The translations under genes and the position numbers were made by a program. A stretch of 64,000 nt of DNA, taken from assembly GCA_964530995.1 (NCBI GenBank), contig CAZHCG010000005.1, positions 3,853-67,852 on the forward strand. Direction: 5' to 3'. A model generated the notes under the pieces. That model did not search any database. It was not told the origin of the DNA and saw only the letters and a program-made list of their open reading frames with translations. Shown one piece after another: positions 9,598-17,340 of this stretch. Position 1 is the first letter of the stretch. Each line of letters begins with the position of its first letter. This DNA is from an uncultured Myxococcales bacterium. GTDB taxonomy: Bacteria; Myxococcota_A; Polyangia; JAAYKL01.

Positions 9598-9801
9598 CTA
9601 ATCCCTTTCCTGCTCGCTGACGGGCCAGCACTCGGGGTTGCCGTCCGACGCGTCGCAGTAGAGCATCCCCGTGCCGAAGATGCTGCCGTCCCTCACGTAG
9701 GCCTTGCCCTCCGTGGCCGGCGCCGCGGTGTGCGTGATGCATCCTCCGAGCAGCGCCGCAGCGGCCAGCGCGGCGATGACTAGAGCTTTCTTCCAACCCA
9801 T
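9598..9801 (-). CDS. Small lipoprotein (67 aa), probable distant paralog of the downstream lipoprotein
   Basis: MGWKKALVIAALAAAALLGGC lipobox and YCDASDGNPEC. Purine-rich RBS (GGAAGGAG) upstream of ATG 9801. Confidence 0.78.
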   Translation of the reverse strand: MGWKKALVIAALAAAALLGGCITHTAAPATEGKAYVRDGSIFGTGMLYCDASDGNPECWPVSEQERD

Positions 9802-10022
9802 CTCGTCTCCTTCCGCAAGGAACACGGTTTTCGCACCGAGACTCGAAGCGATGGAATTTTGCGTGACGAGCACCGACGATGTCAACGGTTTTTTGGCTCT
9901 AAATGGGTGTCTCGTCGAAGATCAAGAAGGGAAAAGCAGACGAGACCTTCTGTTGGAACGTCAATTGCAACACTGTTGTTTCGAGGCTACTGTATACTCC
10001 AATCAGCCGAGGAGGGCAGATC

Positions 10023-12821
10023 ATGAAAAAGAGCGCCACAACGACGGCGATCGGGCTGTTCGTGCTGTTGCTGGCCGGCGGCTCGGCGGCATTCACCGGC
10101 GGCGAGCGCCGGGTGGAGAGCGTACCGCCCGGGACGGAGTGGCTCGCCGGGCACTCCGGAAGCTCGAAGATTGGGTTCGTCGGGGAAGGCCCCGCCGAGC
10201 TGAGCGAAAGGTACGGCGGAGAGTGGACACAGCGCCGCGGAGGGCCTACCGGGGATTTTCGGCGCATCTGGGGATCGGGTGTCCCAGTCGGAGAGGCGGC
10301 GGTCGGCGACGAGCTGGTGGCCTGGGACGCCGCCGAGGCGTTCTGGACGCGAAACGAGGATCTGCTGCCCGGCGGAGCCGGGGCGGCGAACCTGGAGCCG
10401 GCGGTCACCTCTCTGTGGCGAGGGCTGCGCACTGTCACCCATCGCCAGACGGTGAACGGCGTGCCCGTGCTCGGCTCCAGCGCCACGCTGGCGATCCGCG
10501 CCGGCAGGATCGCCTTGATCGGCGTGCACCTTTTTCCGGTAAGGCCGGTCGAGACCGAGCCCTCGCTGAACGTGGAAAAGGCGGAGCAGGCCGCCGTCGA
10601 CGCGCTTTCCGAACGCGGAATAGCGGCCGACGTCGAGCGGTCGGAGCTGGCCCTGTTCCCCGTGCTGCGCGAGGACGCGCCCTCGCTGCGGCTGGTCTGG
10701 GCGGTGGAGCTGCAAGGCACCAGCTGGGGACGCTGGACGGCCTACATCGACGCCCACCGCGGGTCGCTGCTGGCCCTGCGGGACGAGCGCCTGTTCGTGA
10801 CCGGCTCGCTCAGGGGCAGGCACCACGAGCGGCACCCGGGGGGCGACGTGGTCGAGAGCCCGCTTTCCCATCTGTACATTTCTACTGACGACGGAGACGA
10901 CACCACGGACGAGGCCGGCGCCTTCTCGGTCGTGGGCGACACAACCGCGCTGCAGGCCTGGCTGTCGGGAATGTACGCCACGATCGCAAACAAGAGCGGC
11001 GGCGACCTGTTCATCGACGAGATCGACGTGGGCGCCGACCCGCTCGTGCTCGACACGGAGGCCTCGGAGGCCGAGTTCGCCCAGGTGCACGCCTACGTCT
11101 TCACCAACGAGGTTCGCGACCACGCTCGTGCGCTGATGGACGATCTGGCCTGGCTGGACGCCCCCCTGCCGGTCAACGTCAACAACATCGATCTGGACGG
11201 CGACCAGCAGCAGGACTTCTGCAACGCCTGGTTCGACGGCCAGTCGCTGAACTTCCTGATGGCCGGCGATCCGGGCTGGGGCATGGAGTGCAACAACACC
11301 GCGATGATCGGGGACATCCTCTACCACGAGTACGGCCACGGCTTTCACCTGGAGAACGCGATGATCGGCTCGATGGTCTTCGACGAGGCGATCAGCGAGG
11401 GCTTCGCCGACACGATGGCCTCGTCGGTCACGCTCGATTCCAAGATCGCGCCCTACTTCACCACCGAGGGTCACCACATCCGCGACCTGGAGCCGGACCT
11501 GGTCTGGCCCACCGACGTCTCGGAGGATCCCCACCAGACCGGGCTGATCGTGGGGGGAGCCTACTGGGACCTGCGGACCACCTTCCGGGAAGAGTACGGA
11601 GACGATCAGGGCAACGCGATGCTGGATCTGCTGTTCGCCGGGGCCACGCGCGTCGCGACCGACATCCCGTCGGCCTACGAGTCGACGCTGGTGGTCGACG
11701 ACGACAACGGCAACATAGAGGACGGCACGCCGCACTTCTGTCAGATCTACGACGCCTTCGCCGCCCACGGGCTCGCCTCCGAGGGCACCGGGCGGATCGC
11801 GATCGAGCACGAGCAGCTCGATGATCTCTCCGACCCCTCGCAGCCGGTGGTCGTGGAGGCCGAAGTCTGGGTGGCGGAGGAGGCCTGCAACGAGATGGGC
11901 CAGGTGCGGATCGCCTACAGCCTCGACGGCGGCGAGACGTGGACCTCCGAGGAGATGGAGAACGTCGGAGCGGACAGCTTCAGCCACGAGCTGGGGACGT
12001 TCGCGGAGGGCACGGAGCTGCTCTACCGGATCGAGGCCGACGAGAACCTCAGCGGCGACGTGATCACCCGGCCCAGCAACGCGGCCGAGCCGTACTACCG
12101 CGCCTATGTCGGACCGCTCGAGGAGATCGTGTTCGACGATTTCGAAAGCGAGGACGATTCCTGGACCCACGAGCTGACCGAGGGGATCGAGCGCGAGGGC
12201 GCCGACGACTGGCAGTGGGGGGTCCCGGCGGGCAAGGGCGGAGATCCCGACGAGGCCTACAGCCCGACCCACGTCTGGGGCAACGACCTGGCGCCGGCCT
12301 CGAACTGGAACGGCGAGTACCAGCCCGGCAAGGTCAACGCGCTGATCAGCCCGGCCTACGATCTGAGCGAGCACGATCTGGTGCGCCTGCGCCTGCGCCG
12401 CTGGCTGACAGTCGAGGACGGCTACTACGATCAGGCCACGATCTACGTCGGCGGCGAGGGAGACTGGCAGCCGGTCTGGACAAATTTCGTTTCCGAGGGA
12501 GACCAGAACGCATCGCACGTCACGCACCACATCGATCGCGAGTGGGTGCTGTTCGACCTGGACATCAGCGAGTGGGCCGCCGGGCGGAGCCAGGTCCAGA
12601 TCCGGTTCGAGATCGCCTCGGACGCCGGCCTGCAGTTCGGCGGCTGGACGATCGACGACTTCGGTCTCTACACCAGGGCCCAGGCCTCCGATCCCGGCGA
12701 CGGGGCGGACGCCGGGGCCGACGCCGGAGACGGCGGCGGATCCTCGGGAGGCTGCGGCTGTCTCGCGGCCGGCGGAAGCAGCTCCGACGGCGCCCTCGAA
12801 ACCCTCTTTTCGCTGATCTGA
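10023..12821 (+). CDS. Secreted zinc metalloprotease (thermolysin M4 / fungalysin M36-like) with propeptide, C-terminal beta-sandwich domains and a GCGC sorting-type tail
   Basis: Signal peptide MKKSATTTAIGLFVLLLAGG after RBS GAGGAG. FTP/PepSY-like propeptide (HRQTVNGVPV, YIDAHRG), HEYGH, EGFAD, DPHQTG. C-terminus GGCGCLAAGG...LFSLI. Confidence 0.85.
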   Translation: MKKSATTTAIGLFVLLLAGGSAAFTGGERRVESVPPGTEWLAGHSGSSKIGFVGEGPAELSERYGGEWTQRRGGPTGDFRRIWGSGVPVGEAAVGDELVAWDAAEAFWTRNEDLLPGGAGAANLEPAVTSLWRGLRTVTHRQTVNGVPVLGSSATLAIRAGRIALIGVHLFPVRPVETEPSLNVEKAEQAAVDALSERGIAADVERSELALFPVLREDAPSLRLVWAVELQGTSWGRWTAYIDAHRGSLLALRDERLFVTGSLRGRHHERHPGGDVVESPLSHLYISTDDGDDTTDEAGAFSVVGDTTALQAWLSGMYATIANKSGGDLFIDEIDVGADPLVLDTEASEAEFAQVHAYVFTNEVRDHARALMDDLAWLDAPLPVNVNNIDLDGDQQQDFCNAWFDGQSLNFLMAGDPGWGMECNNTAMIGDILYHEYGHGFHLENAMIGSMVFDEAISEGFADTMASSVTLDSKIAPYFTTEGHHIRDLEPDLVWPTDVSEDPHQTGLIVGGAYWDLRTTFREEYGDDQGNAMLDLLFAGATRVATDIPSAYESTLVVDDDNGNIEDGTPHFCQIYDAFAAHGLASEGTGRIAIEHEQLDDLSDPSQPVVVEAEVWVAEEACNEMGQVRIAYSLDGGETWTSEEMENVGADSFSHELGTFAEGTELLYRIEADENLSGDVITRPSNAAEPYYRAYVGPLEEIVFDDFESEDDSWTHELTEGIEREGADDWQWGVPAGKGGDPDEAYSPTHVWGNDLAPASNWNGEYQPGKVNALISPAYDLSEHDLVRLRLRRWLTVEDGYYDQATIYVGGEGDWQPVWTNFVSEGDQNASHVTHHIDREWVLFDLDISEWAAGRSQVQIRFEIASDAGLQFGGWTIDDFGLYTRAQASDPGDGADAGADAGDGGGSSGGCGCLAAGGSSSDGALETLFSLI

Positions 12822-13781
12822 TCAGCCGTCCGGGTTGTACTCCAGCGACAGCACCCAGGATTCCCACTCGCGCTGGAAGGCGTCGAGATCGTCCACCCCG
12901 AGCAGCCCTCGCAGTGTCGCGACGCCGCGGGGATCGTCGGCGACGTTGTCGCGGAACTCGCGGTAGAAGCGGCGCAGCAGCCCGCGTTCCTGCAAGTAGA
13001 GGCACAGGTAGCGCGACTGCGCGTAGTTCGTTCCGGGGTCTTGCTCGTAGAACTCGTGATCGTCGAGGGCGAACAGCTCCTCGAACGCTGGGAGATTTCC
13101 GGAGCGGATCGCGCGGACCAGGCCGGGCAGTCTCCAGTTGGCCAGGCCGTGGATCCGCCCCTCGCGCTCGACGCACTGCTCGAACAGCGAGCCGAGGCCC
13201 TCGTTCAGCCAGGGCGGGCAGCCGGGGAAGTCGGCCTCGACGAAGGGGTGCACGATCTCGTGGACCAGCGTGCCGCCGCCCGTGGCGATGTTCATCACCA
13301 GCGCGCGGTGCCGCGGGGAGTAGTAGCCGAAAGGCGTGTCCGGCCGCCGGCCGAACAGCTCGAGGGAATGGCGCGAGTAGCTCTCCGCGCCGGAGAAAAG
13401 CCAGATCGAGATCGCCGAGGTCGGCTCGGCGTCGAAGAACCCGGTCCGCAGCCGGTCGACGGCCCAGCGGATCGTGCGCTCGGTGAAGCGGCGCAGCTCC
13501 CGCGGCTCCAGATCGCCGGTCACGACGAACGGAGGAGCCACCAGCACGGCGAAGCCTTCGGGCGCCATCTCGGCTACTTTCGCCTTGCACTGCCGCATGT
13601 CGTCCGGCGCGGGCGGCGGCGAGCCCGATTCGGCATCGACCTGCGCCTCGTCGGGCCGGGTCGCGGGAGTCGGCTCGGCGGCGGATTTGCGCGAGGGAGT
13701 CTCGGCCGTGCCGCAGGCCGCCCCGACCGCCAGCAGAGCCGCGAGCAGAAGAACGGACGCGATCCCGAGCCTTGGAGCCAT
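12822..13781 (-). CDS. Lipoprotein with gluzincin HExxH domain (DUF1570 / peptidase MA-like)
   Basis: LAVGAAC lipobox and GGGTLVHEIVH...WLNEGLGSLFE. RBS GGAGGAG before ATG 13781. Confidence 0.8.
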   Translation of the reverse strand: MAPRLGIASVLLLAALLAVGAACGTAETPSRKSAAEPTPATRPDEAQVDAESGSPPPAPDDMRQCKAKVAEMAPEGFAVLVAPPFVVTGDLEPRELRRFTERTIRWAVDRLRTGFFDAEPTSAISIWLFSGAESYSRHSLELFGRRPDTPFGYYSPRHRALVMNIATGGGTLVHEIVHPFVEADFPGCPPWLNEGLGSLFEQCVEREGRIHGLANWRLPGLVRAIRSGNLPAFEELFALDDHEFYEQDPGTNYAQSRYLCLYLQERGLLRRFYREFRDNVADDPRGVATLRGLLGVDDLDAFQREWESWVLSLEYNPDG

Positions 13782-13914
13782 CTCTCCTCCCGGCGGCCTC
13801 GCCTCGGGCATGATAGCAGACGCCGCCAGGGGAGGGAGAAGATGCTCTTTTTTTGGCTCATCCGGATTCAGCCGCCTTCGTCTCGGCGTCCTTGGAGCCG
13901 CGCCCTGAAAAGGG

Positions 13915-14103
13915 CGCGGTCAGGATGACCTTTGCTCCTTCGGCGCCTACGACACCGCCGGCCAAGCCCGGAGGGCTGACGACCAGCACCGCCACCACGG
14001 CCTGTCCACGACGATCGCCGCCTGGGAACCGACCGACTGAAGCCCGCTGGGCGCGGCCGGTTGCATCGCAGGCTCGAGAGGCAAGGAGGCCATCCTGACC
14101 GCG
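13915..14103 (-). ncRNA. Candidate structured non-coding RNA (~189-nt rod-like hairpin, 6S-sized, family unassigned)
   Basis: Perfect 13-bp terminal inverted repeat (CGCGGTCAGGATG 13915-13927 / CATCCTGACCGCG 14091-14103). Further nested helices form with G.U pairs on the minus strand but would be C.A mismatches on the plus strand. The region is intergenic. Confidence 0.5.
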
Positions 14104-14242
14104 GCCTCATGAGGCCGCGGGGGAGAGCCGGAGCTGCTTTTCGACGTCCGCCGGGCGCCAGGCCCCCGGCCGGCAACGATCTTTCCACAGCGCGGATTGC
14201 TCGCGGGACAAGAGGCTCTTTAAAAAAACAGCGAATAGCGGA

Positions 14243-14272
14243 TTGACGAGCAAACCCCCGATCAGATATCCT
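14243..14272 (+). promoter_or_regulatory. Putative sigma70-type promoter for the 14310 gene
   Basis: TTGACG, 18-bp spacer, TATCCT, preceded by an A-tract (UP-element-like). Confidence 0.45.
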
Positions 14273-14309
14273 TCAACAGCTCGAACCAACTGCCGACAGG
14301 AGGGGCAAG

Positions 14310-14681
14310 ATGGGTCTATTCGATTTTTTGAACCCGAAAAAGGGCGCGCAGAAGAAGCTGATGAACGCGGTTCAGGACCAGGTCATGGACAAGGTCGACG
14401 AGGAACTCGATGTCACCGACGAGGCCGATCTGAAGGACAAGCTGCAAGAGATGATCTACTACCAGATGCAGGATCAGGCCACCGAGATCATTCCCGAGCC
14501 GCTGCAGAGCGTGTCCGACACGATTATCGACAAGGCCTCCGAGCAGCTGACCGCGCAGATGTACGATCCGGTCCGCAAGAAGGTGGCCCACAAGTTCGAG
14601 CCGCAGCAGGGCGCCCAGGCTGCGGCCGCTCAGGCTCCCGAGGGCGGCGGCGAGGGCGGCGGCGAGGAGCCGCAGGGCTGA
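14310..14681 (+). CDS. Hypothetical acidic helical protein
   Basis: RBS AGGAGG, host-like codon usage, MGLFDFL N-terminus, own promoter and terminator. Confidence 0.75.
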   Translation: MGLFDFLNPKKGAQKKLMNAVQDQVMDKVDEELDVTDEADLKDKLQEMIYYQMQDQATEIIPEPLQSVSDTIIDKASEQLTAQMYDPVRKKVAHKFEPQQGAQAAAAQAPEGGGEGGGEEPQG

Positions 14682-14688
14682 GGCCGAG

Positions 14689-14708
14689 AGGCGGCCCGCC
14701 GCCTTTTG
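14689..14708 (+). terminator. Putative intrinsic terminator
   Basis: AGGCGG-CCCG-CCGCCT hairpin followed by TTT, just after the 14681 stop. Confidence 0.55.
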
Positions 14709-14767
14709 TCGTGCTGGAAAACCCCGCAGTTTCTCGGCGAATCACGCGAGAGTGATTTTCGGTCGAT

Positions 14768-16330
14768 TCACGGCGCGGCGATCGCGTCGAACGGGATCAG
14801 CACCAGCGCCGCGATCAGTGCCAGCAGCGCGAGAATCGTGCAGCCTACCCAGCGATCCTGGTCGACCGACCAGCGTTCCCTGCGCAGCGCGGCGAGCAGC
14901 GGGAAGGTGCCGAGCAGAATCAGCACCGGGTCGTAGGGAATCCGATAGCGAATTTCGCCGAAGTACGTCGCCGACGCGTAGAGCAGCGTGGCCACGTACA
15001 GCGACGCCAGCTCCAGCCCGGGCTTGAAACGCCGGGCCAGCAACGCTATTCCCAGCGCGGCCAGCGGCAGCAGGATCGAAGGGGCGACTCTGCGCCACCC
15101 GTTGGCGAGCTTGGGTCTCCACCACTGCTCCGCCTCCATTCGCCGCTCGGCCAGGGATCCGGCCAGATCGATCTCGGCCGGTCGGTGTTTTCGCGGGGCG
15201 TTTTCTTTTTGCAGCTCCCACGCCCGCTTCTTCTCGGCGAAGCTCCCCGCGTAGCTCTTCCAGTTGTACTCGGGCCACATCCTGTTGCCGTAGGCCAGCG
15301 CGACGATGTTGCGCCGCAACGTCGACAGCTTTTCGAAAAACGATTTCGATCTCCACACGCGCCGTCGCTCCGGGTCGAGCTTCTCGGCGTCGGCGATGTA
15401 GCCCTCGAAGCGAAAGACGCCCTTGCAGCCGAGCGCTTCGGTCCGCGCCGGCGGGTAGAAGCTGCGATTGTCGTGGTTTTCGATGTGGCCGTAGTCGGTG
15501 GCGGCGAAGAAGCGCCCGATCGGCGCGTTGCCGGATATCAGCGCGACCTCGCCGGTGAAATGGTGGTAGCGGTAGACGCTGAAGGCGACGACGAGCGCGA
15601 TCGGCACCGCGATCCAGGCGAGGTGACGCCGGCGGAAGTGATCGAGGCGGCGCTGTCGCACGACCAGCCACGCCAGGCAGAGCAGCGATGTCATCAGCAT
15701 CTTGGGCCGCAGGGTGAACCCCACCGCCTGCGACAGCCCGGCGGCCCAGGCTCCGCGGCCGGTCTGCGCATAGCGGATCCAGAGCCAGAGGCTGAGCGCG
15801 ATCGCGCAGGAGAACGGAGCCTCGGAGGTGAAGTACCCCGAGTAGGCGATCTGAGGGTACCAGAGGGCCGCGGCCGCGCCGACGATCACCGCGCCCGGCA
15901 GGGAGGCGAAGCACCTGCGGGCCGAGAGCATGGAGAAGGTCGCGGCCAGTGATCCGACCAGGGCCTGCACCACCGCCATCGCGGTCATGTCGAGACCGGC
16001 CATCCGATGGCGCAGTTGGTCGGCCAGGCCCGAATCGGCCAAGCCGAACAGCCACAGCTGAAGCGCGTAGAAGTAGTGGACGCCCCAGGGGAAGAGCGCG
16101 ACATCGAGCTTGCGGGTCTCGGAGACCTCCTGCAAGTCGGACAGCAGCCACACGGCCCTGAAGACGTAGGACCGCATGTCCGAGAAGATCGCTTCCCCCG
16201 GAGGCTGGACCGCCAGCGCCCAGTAGAGCCTGAGGCCGAAAGCGACCAGGGAGATCGCGACTATCGAGATCGCGAAGCGATCTCGCTCGCCGGACAGAAC
16301 CTCGCTCAGTCGTCGGATGCGAAGAAACAT
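14768..16330 (-). CDS. GT-C fold multi-pass membrane glycosyltransferase (ArnT/PMT-like)
   Basis: First TM followed by an acidic loop (IFSDMRSY), then many TM helices, TSEAPF and C-terminal RYRIPYDP. Confidence 0.72.
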   Translation of the reverse strand: MFLRIRRLSEVLSGERDRFAISIVAISLVAFGLRLYWALAVQPPGEAIFSDMRSYVFRAVWLLSDLQEVSETRKLDVALFPWGVHYFYALQLWLFGLADSGLADQLRHRMAGLDMTAMAVVQALVGSLAATFSMLSARRCFASLPGAVIVGAAAALWYPQIAYSGYFTSEAPFSCAIALSLWLWIRYAQTGRGAWAAGLSQAVGFTLRPKMLMTSLLCLAWLVVRQRRLDHFRRRHLAWIAVPIALVVAFSVYRYHHFTGEVALISGNAPIGRFFAATDYGHIENHDNRSFYPPARTEALGCKGVFRFEGYIADAEKLDPERRRVWRSKSFFEKLSTLRRNIVALAYGNRMWPEYNWKSYAGSFAEKKRAWELQKENAPRKHRPAEIDLAGSLAERRMEAEQWWRPKLANGWRRVAPSILLPLAALGIALLARRFKPGLELASLYVATLLYASATYFGEIRYRIPYDPVLILLGTFPLLAALRRERWSVDQDRWVGCTILALLALIAALVLIPFDAIAAP

Positions 16331-16373
16331 CTGCGGAACAGGAGCCGGAACGCGCCGATGCTCATCGCGGAGG

Positions 16374-17330
16374 CTACCGGCCCGCGCCCTGGGCCTTGGC
16401 CGGTTTTCCCTGGCGGCCGGGCTTGCCCCCGGGGCCGCCCGGCTTCTTTTTCGGTCCGGCCTCGTCCCGCGCGGCCTTTCTCTTTTCGACCTTTTCGATT
16501 CTCTCGAGAAGCCGCTCGGCCCTCTTGCCGACCTTCTCGTCCTTGTCCCTGGAGGCCTTCTTGATCGTCTTTTTCACCTCCGGATCGGTCGGCGCGATGC
16601 GGAACAGGGCGTTCAGCGCGTCGATCCTGGTCTTGGCGTCGTCGGCTCCGGCCGCCTTTCTCAGCGCCGCGACCGCGGCCGCCGCCTTTTCGCCCATCGC
16701 GCCCAGAGCCACGGCGGCGTTGTGCCGCAGCGTCTCGTCCGCGCTGCCGAGCGCCTCGATCAACGGCTGAACGGCCGCTTCTCCAATCTTCTTAAGCACG
16801 ATCCTCATCGGCACGAAGATCGAGCGCAGGGAGTGCTTCTTGCCCTTGCGCTTGTTTTTCCGAACGACGCGAAACTTGCGATTCGCGTGCGGCGAGTCCG
16901 AGCGCAGGTGTCGAATCAGCGGGGCGACGGCCGGCTCCCCGATCGAGGCCAACCCGTTGATCGCGGCGACGCGAACGCGAATCTCGGCGTCTCCGAGAAT
17001 GCCGATCAGGGCCTGGAGCAGCTCCTCCTCGACGGGGCGTCGTTTCCCCAACTGGGCGGCCGCCTGCGCGCGGACTCTCGGGCTCTTGTCCTCCAGCGCC
17101 GCCGTCAGCTCGTCGGCGTTCGCATCTCTCAGCTTGGCGACCGCCTTCTCGACGCGCTCGCGCTCGATCTGAGCGGGAGTCTTCTTCGGTGCGGCTTTCT
17201 CGACAACCGCCTTTTCGGGTTCCTTCTTTTCGGCGTCCCTTTCGCCTTCTTTCTTCTCGGCCGAGCAGCCGATGCAGGCGAGAGCGGCGGACAGGACGAG
17301 CGAGATGATGGCTGCGACGTGTCTTTTCAT
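16374..17330 (-). CDS. HEAT-repeat lipoprotein
   Basis: Signal ending ALACIGC and repeats of LxDxxxxVRxxAAxALGxxG. Lys-rich insert and tail. Start at ATG 17330 after GGAG. Confidence 0.8.
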   Translation of the reverse strand: MKRHVAAIISLVLSAALACIGCSAEKKEGERDAEKKEPEKAVVEKAAPKKTPAQIERERVEKAVAKLRDANADELTAALEDKSPRVRAQAAAQLGKRRPVEEELLQALIGILGDAEIRVRVAAINGLASIGEPAVAPLIRHLRSDSPHANRKFRVVRKNKRKGKKHSLRSIFVPMRIVLKKIGEAAVQPLIEALGSADETLRHNAAVALGAMGEKAAAAVAALRKAAGADDAKTRIDALNALFRIAPTDPEVKKTIKKASRDKDEKVGKRAERLLERIEKVEKRKAARDEAGPKKKPGGPGGKPGRQGKPAKAQGAGR

Positions 17331-17340
17331 TTTGTTCTCC

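Noticed and set aside
9987-12530. 847-aa minus-strand ORF
   Set aside because: Mirror of the metalloprotease gene, which has the catalytic motifs, RBS and signal peptide.
13915-14103. Retron msr-msd interpretation of the rod hairpin
   Set aside because: The terminal inverted repeat resembles a1/a2, but no reverse transcriptase is present in the window, and the strand-specific G.U pairing points to an RNA rather than a DNA hairpin.
13853-14246. Short ORFs overlapping the hairpin region
   Set aside because: Low-complexity Pro/Arg-rich translations with no RBS or motif.
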